DNA from: Piromyces finnis finn
Lineage: Eukaryota > Fungi > Neocallimastigomycota
Direction: 5' to 3'
Assembly (NCBI GenBank): GCA_002104945.1
Contig: MCFH01000080.1
Span: forward strand, 127,875-191,874
Length of the DNA stretch: 64,000 bases
Positions within the stretch are counted from its first letter, which is position 1. Each line of letters begins with the position of its first letter. The position numbers and the translations under genes are program-made. The notes beneath the pieces were generated by a model, which saw only the letters and a program-made list of their open reading frames with translations, ran no database searches and had not been told where the DNA came from. This document shows positions 51,691-64,000 of this stretch, piece after piece.

Positions 51691-52289
51691 TAAATAATGT
51701 TACTTTGTGAATTATATATTCATTATATTTACCATAATAAATTTAAAATCTTGTTTCATAGTTTTTTCATTTGTATTTATATAGAATATATTAAACTCGA
51801 AATATTTGTTTTGATGTATTTTTTTTTTCATTAATAATGTTATTGAGTATTATTTTTATTAAAAATTCTAATAAGCCTTTAAAAAATATTATTATAGGCA
51901 ATAATGTTACTTTTTAATTTCATTTAGGTATTAAGATTTAAGAATAATATTTAATTGTAAATTATTTTTAACTTCAAAGTTTATATTTAACTTTTATTAC
52001 ATTTCTTTTTTCTTTTCTTTTTTTTTTTTAATACTACTACTACTACTAATAAATTAAATATAAAAAATATTTAAATATAAAATAAATTTTATAATTTTAT
52101 AAAACATAATAATAATTTTATCCCTAATAATGAATTAAAAATCAATTATTAAATTAATATAAATATTTATTTTAGTTAGTTCGTTCGTATAGTTTATTAT
52201 ACCTAAAAAAAAAAAAGTTCTATAAATTTAATGCCATTATTTATTTGAAATATTTATTATGGAATTTATTATAGATAATATCAAAGGAG

Positions 52290-52417
<128 letters not shown>

Positions 52418-53131
52418 TTCAAAAAAAAAAAAAAAAAAAAAACGGAAATTATATTAATCGATTAATTCTCACACCTTTTCAGTTTATTTAAATACTTTTA
52501 TTTTATTGGTAGATATTTCAATAAATCTATATTGAATAATTTATTATATATAATATATTTATTTTATATGCTATATTAATTTTTTAGATTCAATTTAACT
52601 CTTAGATATTTTTTTTATAAGGCATGCTTTATGCTTTGAATACCTTTCTTATTATTGTTGCATTTAATAATTAATTTGTGAAATTTAATTTGATGATTAG
52701 ATTGGTGCTTTTTTCCTGTAAAATACTTTCTTTTTCTGATATCAAATATATAACTATATGCTTCGATCTATTTTTATATATACAGTAATATATAATCATC
52801 AATTAAATAATAAATAATAAAGGGTCTAAAATAAACTATAGCTACCTTTATATAACTAATAAGAAAGTATTTATATATTACAATGAAATACTTGTGAATT
52901 TAAAATTGGATTTAACTTGAAAATAATATAGCACTTTTTTAAATATTTTAAATATTACACATCTTTAATCATCTTTTAAAGATGTAATAATTAAAAAAAT
53001 TTTGATTTATTAAAAAATATATATTAAATATTTAATTTACAATTTTATTTATTATCAAAATATTCTATTTATATATTAATTATATATATTACATTACACA
53101 TTATATATATTAATAAAAAAAATAAAAATCA

Positions 53132-53162
<31 letters not shown>

Positions 53163-53889
53163 TTGTTTCTGTTAAGCAATAAAGAGAGCCTTTTTTTTTT
53201 TTTTTTTAAATCAATGTTAATATTTAGTTAAACGTAAAGTTAAGCTAAAATATTAAAATTGAAGTTTTTAATTAATTTCTATATATTTAATAATTATTTG
53301 TTTAATAGAAGCAAAGGATAAATTAACGAAAGTTTTATTATTTTATTGTTCAATTAAGTAAATAATTACTGATATTTTTTTTAAACTTTCAATCAATTGA
53401 AAATTGGTTCAAATACTTTTTTATTTTTAAATAATTTATTTAAAATTCCTTTTTATTATTTTATTAATAATAATTTAATTAGCATATTATATTTCAGATA
53501 AAAAAGTATATAATATTAACATAAATTATTTAATTTTGATTACATTATTACAATTAAAATATAATAAAAAGTAATTTGTGATGATTTAAATAAAATACAA
53601 ATACTTCCCAGAAATAATACGCTTATTAAATTTTACCACAATAAAGAAATATTATTATATTATTGTTATATATAATAACTATTACAATTTATAATAATAA
53701 AATATTAACATACTATATTAATAAAATTAGTATTAAAAAATAAATAATAAAAATAAAAATATAGAAATAGTAAAAAACAACAACAACAACTCTATTATTT
53801 CTTTTTAAAGCAAAAAAAAAAAAAAAAAAAATAATAATAATAAAAATAAAATATATAGATTTTTTTAAAAACGTTAATTGATATTAAAA

Positions 53890-53961
53890 ATGGCTACCGA
53901 AAATTCATTATGGTATATGAAATCTGATAATTGGAAAATTCACCCAAATGTAATTATTACT

Positions 53962-54008
<47 letters not shown>

Positions 54009-57000
54009 AATGTTATATATGATAAAAACATTTCTTTAAATAATAAATATAAATCTTTTACTTCATTTAAAATATACTAACAAATAATTTTTTTTCTTTT
54101 TCTTTTTTATTTATTGAATATGCTTTTTTAAAATGAATATATATTATATATTACACATATATATAGATGTTATTGGGATATGTGCTATGGACAATAAAGC
54201 ACGTTCAAAGCCCATGAGAAATATATTAAATAGATTACTTTCAACAGGAGAATTTCAAATTGTAATATTCGGAGATAAAGTCATTCTTGATGAAAGTAAA
54301 TTGAAATCCTTTTTTTTTTTTTTTTAATTTCAAAAATAAAGTTTACATATAGAATGCAACTTAATATGAATTTTGGAATAATTATTTATGCTATTAAAAA
54401 AGAAATATATATATGTTTTTTATTATTATTATTATAAAAAAAAACCGAAAACAACAAACAAAAAAAAAAAAAAAAAAAAAAAATGGTTATTTAATAAATA
54501 TATCAATATAGGGCATATATATATAAATTATATATATTCAAATATGCAAATTGCAAATTAGTATCTAATAAAAAAATTACTATTTATTTTTAATTAATAA
54601 TTATTTAAAAGGTATTGAAAGTGGCCAATATGTGATTTTTTAATATCTTTTTTTTCAAAAGGATTCCCACTTCAAAAGCAATTGATTATGTAATTTAAGA
54701 AAACCATACTGTATCAATGATTTAGAGATGCAACGCTTATTATTAGATAGACGTCTTGTTTTAAAATTATTAGATGCTATTCATGCTCATCTCCAAAAGA
54801 CTTTTGTTGATAATAATCATAGTGAATGGGTACCTGATAGTTTAATAGAAAAAGTTAAAGAAAGAATGGGTATTGATCTTATGCTCCAGAATTTAAAACC
54901 AATGGAAAATTATTCAAATTGATGCTGATACTATATCATTAGATGGAAAATATTGAAAAAACCATTTGTAGAGAAGCCAATATGTGGTGAAGATCATAAT
55001 ATATATATATATTATCCTCAATCAACTGGTGGTGGTGTAAAAAATTATTTAGAAAGGTAATATTAATAAATATTAAATAAATGAAATTATTTAGTTATTT
55101 TATTATTTTTCGAAGTTTTTTTATTTAAAATATTTATAAAAATTTGATATAGTAAATAAATAACTTGATAACATAATGATTTAATAATAATAATAATAAT
55201 AAAATAATAATAATAATAATAATAAAATATATTTAATGAACATTATAGGTCGGAAATAAGTCAAGTGAGTTTTGTCCAACAATAACAAATATTAGAACAG
55301 ATGCTGAATATATATGAAGAATTTATGAAGTTGATAATTGTGAAGATGTTAAAGTATATACTATTGGTGAAAATTATGCACATGCTGAAACTAGAAAGTG
55401 ACTATGAATTTTGATTTATATTTAAAAATAATATTTTATTGATATTAACTATTAATTATTAATATTAACTATTAACTATTGTAATTTTAATATTATCAAT
55501 AATATATCAATCTATTATATTTATTAAAATAATCAACATAAAAAATATATTTATCGAATTTAATATTTAAAATAATAACAAACAAAATGATATTTAATAT
55601 TTCAATAATATTCTTGATAAAAACTCAAATTTATATAACATGTAATACTAATAGATCACCAGTTGTTGATGGTGTCGTTTGCAGAAATGCTGAAGGAAAA
55701 GAAGTAAGATATGTAACAGCTTTAAGTGAAGAAGAAAAATGTTTGCTAATAATGTATGCACTGCCTTTTTACAAGCTGTTTGTGGTTTTGATTTGTTAAG
55801 AGTTCGTGGAAAATCATATGTTATTGATGTTAATGGTTGGTCATTTGTTAAGGGTAATGATGAATATTATGATAATTGTGCAAGAGTAAGTAAAATTGTT
55901 AATATAACTTTTTTTTTTTTATAAAAACTATAAAGAGCAATAATACACTATAAATATTATTATAATATTAATAACTATAAATAATTTAATTTATTTTTTT
56001 TATATATTTTGTTTTCATAAGATTTTAAGAAATTTATTTTTAGAATATGCAACCCAAAGAAATATAAAAAGTTCTGTAGTAAAGGAACAAAATTTGATAC
56101 CAGATGGAGATTGAAGGGATTTATATCAGTATTTAGACATGGTGATAGAACTCCAAAACAAAAGATGAAGTTCCAATTAGAAGCAAGCCATTTGTTGATT
56201 TATAAAGGGTTCGAAAGATGAGGTATTTTTTCAATTTCTATATACAATTTTTATATTATATATATATATTTTTTTTCGAAGTCTTAATAATTATAATACT
56301 TATAATGGTAATAATTATAATATATTATTTTTATTATTATCCTATTTTTTATTATTATCCTATTTTTTATTATGATAATTTTAATACAAGATAATTCTTA
56401 GAAATCCAGATCAATTAAAAGAAGTCGTTAAAAGCTGCTAATGAAGCATATGAATTAAAATGCGAAGATTTAGCATTATTAGAACAATTAAAATATATAT
56501 TATATAAAAAGTCAAAACTACCTGGAACAAAGGTACAGCTTAAACCAAGTTATAATAAGAAAACGGGTGATCTAAAAAAAATTTCAATTAATTGTAAAAT
56601 GGTATATATTTATATATAAATTTAAATTTATTTTTATTTATTTTTTTTTATTTACAGTTAAATTAATTATTCAATTTATTATTATTATTATTATTATTTC
56701 ATCATATAAAGGGGTGGTGAGGTAGATTTTTTTTTTTTTCTTTTTTAATTATATTATATATAAAAATAATATAATAAAATTTATTTATTTTAATCGTTCA
56801 TTTTATAATAAATTTAATATAATTATTACCATCATGACAGTTCACACATGCAGGTCGTCATCATAGTAGAGATTTAGGCGAAAATTTGAATAAGGTAAAG
56901 ATATATTTTAATTATTTTTTATAGAAAAATATATATATATATATTGATATATTAAATGTTTTTTAATTTTTTTTTATGTTGTTTTAATATATTATAGGAT

Positions 57001-58393
57001 ATAACAATTATGAATCCAAATGTTTAGATAATGTAAAATGTATAGTTCATCGGAAAGACGTTGTTTGCAACGGCTGATATATTCTCAAAGGCATTTTTAA
57101 AGGTTTCTGAATTACCAAAAGATTTTTTAATAATAAGTAAAGAAAGCTAGATGATACAAATGCAGCAAAGGAACAAATGGAAAGTGTTAAAACAAAACTT
57201 CAAGATATATTTAATCCAAAACAAGGATTTAGCTGTCCATCTAGTTTTATTTTACCAAAAAATATGGAAGATCCTCCAGTATTAGTACAAGATACTATTG
57301 ATTTATTATGTTCATTAAGAGAAGTTATGAATGAAAATTTCAGAACTTTGGATGTTGATAAACTACAGTCAAGATGGTGTTGTTCAGAAAGTCCAGATTT
57401 ATTTTAAAGAACGTTGGGAAAAACTTTTCCATGAATTTTGTGATACTTATAACAGAAAAAATGTATTCGATACCTCAAAAATTTCAGAACTCTATGATTC
57501 ATTGAAATATGATGCTCTTCATAATAGAGATTTCTTAGAAGGCATATTTTCTTCACCTAAATATGGTCGAGATTTATTAAGACAACTTTATAGAAAAGCT
57601 AAAGTTTTGTTTGATTTTGTAGCACCACATGATATGGTATTGAAGATTCCGAGAAGTTGGAAATTGGTTTATTAAATTCAAAACCATTACTTTTAAAAAT
57701 ACTAGGTCATATACAGGAAGTCAAGTCTTCACCAAACCCCTTGTGCTCGTCTCTTTTTCACAAAGGAATCAAAGGTAATTTGCTTATTAAATATCATTTT
57801 TATTAAGTGAATTACCAACAAGTGTTGATAAAGCTGATACTGAGAACTTGATGTAATTATTTTATTTTCAATTATATTTTTATAATTATATTTTTATATA
57901 TATTATCATCCTTATATATTAATTTATTTGGATTGTATATAAAGACATATAAAATGATTCATTATTATTAATCTTTTTTTTTTTCTTTATTTATAAATAT
58001 ACAATGATTAGACTTACACAATAACATTTGAAATTATGAAAGAAGTAAGAATGTTGGTCCAGATCAATATATTTCAGAGTATTCAATGAGAGTTTCATTT
58101 AGTCCTGGTGCACATGATTCTAATTTAATAGATCTTCAAATTGATGGTAAACACTCTATATCCGTTGCCCCTAGAAAGTAACTATTCTTTTTTTTTTTTT
58201 TTAAATCATATTTTCTTAAATCTAATTTTATATAAAAATGTAAAATGTAAATATTTATTATTATTTATTAATATAAATTTATTAACATATATTATTAATA
58301 TATATATTTAATTTAAAAAAGATTTATAACAGATCATGTATCATTAGATTTTGGTATAAGGCTCTTAATGATGTTATTGACAATAAGAAATAA
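53890..58393 (+). CDS. VIP1: Vip1/Asp1/PPIP5K inositol pyrophosphate kinase-phosphatase, multi-exon, with many apparent 1-nt homopolymer deletions
   Basis: [129 protein letters not shown] and RVSFSPGAH are all present in order. The frame must be shifted repeatedly at A-runs. Confidence 0.88.
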
Positions 58394-58419
58394 TTTTTTT
58401 TAATCATTAACTAATAGAT

Positions 58420-58421
58420 GA

Positions 58422-58507
<86 letters not shown>

Positions 58508-58800
58508 GCATAATAAACATAAACATAATAACAATAACAATAATAATAACAACAATAACAATAATAATAATGGTAATAGTAATAGTAATAATAAAATAAA
58601 AAAAAAGAATGAAAAAAATAATAAAAATAATATCATTATTTGATATATAAAAACTATAAAAATAATTAATAACTAATAACAAAAAAAACAAAAAAAAACA
58701 AAAAAAAACAAAAAACAAAAAACAAAAAACAAAAAAACAAAAAACAAAAAACAAAAAAACAAAAACAAACAAACAAACAAACAAACAAAAACAAAAAATT
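58420..58800. repeat. Compound microsatellite: degenerate (AAT/AAC)n followed by (CAAAAAA/CAAA)n
   Basis: Visible low-complexity block after VIP1; source of two spurious minus-strand ORFs. Confidence 0.85.
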
Positions 58801-59588
58801 AAAGTAATAAAAAATCGTTTACTGGTTTTGAAATATTATTAATAAAATAGAATTTTTTTTTTTAAAAAAAGATAATTAATTTAATATACAATTGATTTTA
58901 AAAAATATTTTATTTTAGAATAAGTTTTTCTCACTCTTATACTCTTTCTTTTTCGTTTTATTTATTTATTTATTTTTATAATATTAATAAGTATAGTTTA
59001 TTAAATAATAACAGTAATAATTAAAATGGTTAAAGAAATTTTTTTTTAAAATTCCTTTTTTTATTTTATTAATAATTTATTGGAAAATCATTTATTTATT
59101 AGTAAAATTCATTTTTAATAAAATTAAATTTATGTTAAAAAAAACATAGTAAATTATATATATATAATTTACTGTCAAAATATTTAATAATAATTTATTT
59201 AAAATATTTATATAAGTATCTAAAAATGAAAAATAAAAGTACTTTAAAAAACAAAGCAAAATAAATAGAGAAATAAAAAATAAATATTTAATAAAAAACA
59301 GGTGTAAATTTATTATTATTATTATTTTTATATATAATCATTGCTTAGAAACTTTAATAATTATGTTTTTTTAATAGGATTTAATATTTTTTATTTGTTA
59401 AGCATTTTATTAATGGAAAATAAAATAAAATTGTTATTTAGCATAATTTAAAAATCTTTATATATATAAAAAAAAGTATCATATTTCACATTTTTTCTTT
59501 ATATTTTTTTTATGTTTTTTTTATTTTTTAATTTTATCTATTATTTATACGCATTACACATACACATATAATAATAAAACAAAAAATT

Positions 59589-62500
59589 ATGATAACAACA
59601 CAAAATATATCAGATAATTCTGATAATACTAATAATATTAATATTATCTCAGATAATAATACAGGTAACATTGAATTTTATATTCTCCATATTAGCAATG
59701 AAAATTAAAAAAAAAAAAAAAAAATTAAATAAAAACAATTAATGTTTTTGTAGTGTATAAGTATAACATTTATTCATAACAATAAAATGATATATTAATT
59801 AATTATTACTTTATTATAACATTAGATGTTAATAAATTTTGGGATAAAAATTCATTAAGTTCAGTATATAATAAATCCAATATAATTTCTAAAGATGATC
59901 TAGAAAAAAAAAAGGAATCAGAAAATATTAAAAAATCAAAAGAATTTGAAAGAAATACTAATAACTCGAAATTACATAATGCCTTGATTGAAAATTTTAA
60001 GAATGAGTCAGCGGATATAAATCGATTATTGCTATCTAGAAAAATTATTGAGGAAACGAAGGAAGAAGCAGATGGAAGTATCAAGTATACTTTACCAAAG
60101 AGTAAAAATAAAGAAGAATTTCAAGATGATATGGAAAAAACATACTATGGTCCAAACGATTCTTTATTCCGAAATAATTATACTATATACCTATTAATAA
60201 AGATAATGATTTTCAGAACGAAAATATATTTATTAATAATGTGAACCTTAATTTTGATGAGGAAATAAAAATAAACGAAAAATATAGTCAAATGTTATTA
60301 CAAGTAAAAACCTCGATACAAGTAAAGATTTTTATAATATATTTACCGAACAAGAAATAAATGAAAGAATTCAAAAAATCGTTGCCAAAGTTATTCCAGA
60401 AGAATCAAAAAAATTTAAAACCTCACTTCCATTATTTGATGCTCTTGGTGCAATTGAAAATATGAGATCAAAATATATAACATTAGTAGATAAATTAAAT
60501 AATATAAATGATATTTATGAAGAATGGGTTGAAGGTAAAAAAAAAAAAATTAATGCTTAATTATAATTTTTATAATATTTAAACTATAGATTATAGTTAT
60601 ATATTTTTTTATTTGAACGATTTCTAAATAATATATATAATAATTTTTTTAAAGAAAGAGAAAGATCTATTGTTCTTAATTATCAGACTGCTGTAGCGAA
60701 ATATGAAAAATATAAAAATGTTGATCATGTAATAAATCTTAATGATTAAAATAAGAATAATAACATTAGAATTTTGAATTTAATAATATATTATTATATT
60801 ATTTATTTCTGAATATAAAAACATAAAACAAAAAGGATGAACTTATTAATGAGCTATTAAAAAAAAACAATGATTCAAAATTCAATGAAAAAGAAATAGA
60901 AAATCTTATACTATCTAATAATTCAGTAATTTATTTATTATATTATTTATTATTTAATTATCGCTTTCTTTTTTTTAATAATATATAATTAATTAAAATA
61001 TTATATATTATAATATATTAGTTGAATAATAAAGTGGATGAGATAACGAGCGAATTACAAAATACTCAAAAAGAAAATAGACTAATATATAATATTATTG
61101 GAAAACTAAGAATAAAAAATAAATTACTATGTAAAAAACTTAAAGAGATCATTATAAAAAAAAATATAACTTTAGGAGAACTAGAAATGGATAAAAAATT
61201 AGATGTTTGTTTCGGGGATTTTAATTATATATTATTTTATATAATAAAAATTAACCAATGAATAATATTATAATATATTAAAAATTTATATTTTTCTATC
61301 TATTTAATTTAAATAATAATAAATTTTTGAAAATGATTTAAATTAATATTTAGAATAATGATGAAGATGAAGAGGAAAAAGATATATTAAAAAGTTATGA
61401 TGGAAAAAATATTGAAAAATCATTGCTATTAAAGGAAATAGATAAAATTAATACAGAAATTGAAAATACAAATAGTGAGATTCTTTGTTGGTATATAAAA
61501 ATAAAAAAAATTTAATAATTACTTATATTTTGAATATAATATTTTAATTTTTAAAAATCCTTTTTTTCCAACCATATAAATTAATATGAAATAAATATAT
61601 TTCTGTAATGATGTATAGCTTAACTAATATAAAAGAAAAAAAGAAATGGAAATAATTCAAAAATTTTTGATAAATCAATAATTAATAATGTTGATTATAG
61701 TTAATAAGAGATAATGAGGATGAATCTAATTTAAAAAACAAAAGTACAGGTAAAAAAAATCCTAAAATTATGAATAATATAAATAATAGTTATATATATA
61801 TAAACTTATTATTATAATTAATAACATTCATTAATATTTATTTATAATAATGAATTTTTCTTTTTTAATTTTTATTAGAATTTCAAAAAGATTATGAACA
61901 AGAGATTAATAAACTGAGAAATATAGTTATTCAGGAAAAAAAACAAAAAAAGTATTATAGTTATATACTAATATGAATATCATTTTTGAAATACTATTCT
62001 TTTCTAACAAATATAATTAATATTCTAATATTTTCGTTAAAAATATTATTTCCAATATACATATGTATTGTTTCTTAAAGAAATATGCTTAATAAATTCC
62101 AGAAACATTCAAGAGTTACAAATATGATAAAAGAATTGATTGAATCATGGTATTGAGGAATTAAAAATAACAAAAAAGAAATATATAATAATGATACAAT
62201 TATTAATAAGTATAATTTTAATTTTATTGATACAGTTTTTAAAAACTATTTATTTGAAGATGTCTTATACAGTAATCGGAATCCAATATTACAAACAGAA
62301 TTTCTATCGATCAAATACTAAATATGAATGAATCTAAACTTTTTTCACATGACGAAAAATTTATCTTATTTATTTTATAATATTCAATGGTGAGCGCATT
62401 TAATAATGTAATTAAAAATGAGTTTGAAAATCAATCGAACGTTGTCAAAGATGTTAATAATTTAGTTAATAATAATTCAATTGAAAATCAAGGTTTAAAT

Positions 62501-63333
62501 GTTATTGGTGTTAAAAATAAGTTAAATGTAAGGGAATCTGATAATTTAATAGATAATAAAGAAAAATTCAATTATGATATGAAAAAGAAAATGCAATTTC
62601 CTAAAAAAGATAAAAATATAAGTAACATCAAAAGAGATAATATTTGTGATAAAACCATAAATAAACGGAATGATAGTAGTAACTCTATTCAAAGTAAAAT
62701 TGATGAGGAATCAAGTGATAAATGTGATTTATTAGAAGAAAGTCAAAGAAATAAAGAAAAAGCATTTATTAATAGATTCAATGACAATGAAAGTGACTCA
62801 TCTAGTATTGTAGGTGATGATGAATTTATTGATATAACAACTCTTTCTAGTCGTTCTCGAAAAAAGTATACGGAAACTCTTAAAAATAGATATCTAGAAT
62901 TAATGAAAAATCCCAATATTAGTTTATTAAATACAAAATCACCTAATAACAGCAACAATAGTAATAGTAATAGTAATGAAAACTGTAATATTATTGAATC
63001 TTCTGATAATTTAATTAAAAATAAGCTAAAAGAAGATAAAAATATTAATGATAATATAATAATAAATGAAATTTATGAAGAAAAAATAAAGAGAGTGATA
63101 AAGTAATTGAAGAAAATGTATTGGCAATAAAAAATGTCAATAATATTTTAGAAAAAAATTTAAATGATGAAAATAATGATTTTAATAATAATAAGTCATC
63201 GTCTGATAGTAGAAGATCAAGTTATCCTTGTAATATGATTAATCAATTACCTTATTATGGTAGTAATAAAGATTTTGAAAATGAAAGTATTGAAACTGAA
63301 ACTAATAAACTGTTATTTAAAAGTAGAAAACTA

Positions 63334-63373
<40 letters not shown>

Positions 63374-63467
63374 TAATAATAATAATAATAATAATAATAG
63401 TAATATAATAATAATAATAATAAATAATAATAATAAATATAATAATAATAATAATATAATAATAATA

Positions 63468-63517
<50 letters not shown>

Positions 63518-64000
63518 TAATAATAATAATAATAAAATAATGATGATGATGATGATGCCGATGATGATAATAATAATTTAGAGGATATTTTAACTATTGA
63601 TATAATTAAAGATAATAATGAACATATTAATAAAGAATTAAATAATAATATTAGAACAAAAAATTTATGTTTTATAAATAAACCAGTCAATAAAAATAAA
63701 GTTAGAGTTATTCGTAATAAATATAAAAATGGAAAATTTATGCGAAATGATGAAAAAAAAAGAAAACAATAATTGAATTAATTGATGATGATTCCCCACC
63801 TGATAAATTGAATAAATATTATAATAAACAAGAAAAGAAAAAACGAAAACCCAAATGAATTTAAAGTAATAAATTGTATGAGTTATAAGCTACCACCTGA
63901 AAATTCAGATATATATAATGATAGCTTTGATAACTATTATAATAAAGAAGAATATCAAATCTATAAAGAAAACATTGTCAGTCAATTTTTAGAAAGGAAA
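59589..64000 (+). CDS. Multi-exon coiled-coil, Asn/Glu/Lys-rich protein of unknown function; 3' incomplete and probably frameshifted
   Basis: Exon 1 (59589-59664) splices in phase to 59827 (DVNKFWDKNS..ADINRLLLSRKIIEE). Later exons read TSLPLFDALGAIENMRSKY and KVDEITSELQNTQKENRL, followed by the ORF 62387..63106. Confidence 0.55.
63334..63545. repeat. Degenerate (AAT)n tract inside the terminal gene (poly-Asn; phase slips)
   Basis: AAT run with single-base slips, followed by (GAT)n. Confidence 0.8.

Overview
Very AT-rich eukaryotic DNA with short GT-AG introns and long microsatellites. It is most consistent with an anaerobic gut fungus (Neocallimastigomycota); this is inferred from composition, a presequence-bearing acetate:succinate CoA-transferase and flagellum-associated genes. 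Host genes, left to right: LRRC9-like LRR protein (5' incomplete), FYV7-like nucleolar protein, intronless 1031-aa low-complexity protein, SFT2-like membrane protein, PHO88/SND3, secreted HExxH protein, a 6-exon TMEM249 (CATSPER-theta)-like gene that the ORF track misses, Aladin/AAAS, ACH1-type CoA-transferase, tRNA-Ser(CGA), VIP1/PPIP5K (with many homopolymer frameshifts) and a coiled-coil gene running off the end. The standout region is 40.2-50.5 kb. About 50 bp downstream of the tRNA lies a head-to-tail stack of non-LTR retrotransposons: one intact single-ORF APE-RT-CCHC element, one divergent disrupted element, a 192-bp mosaic mini-element and an extra 3' tail. The two long elements have divergent ORFs but carry the same 5' array of ~124-nt structured repeats with compensatory base changes, a candidate novel ribozyme or RNA module. 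Protein identifications rest on recalled family motifs; no database search was run.
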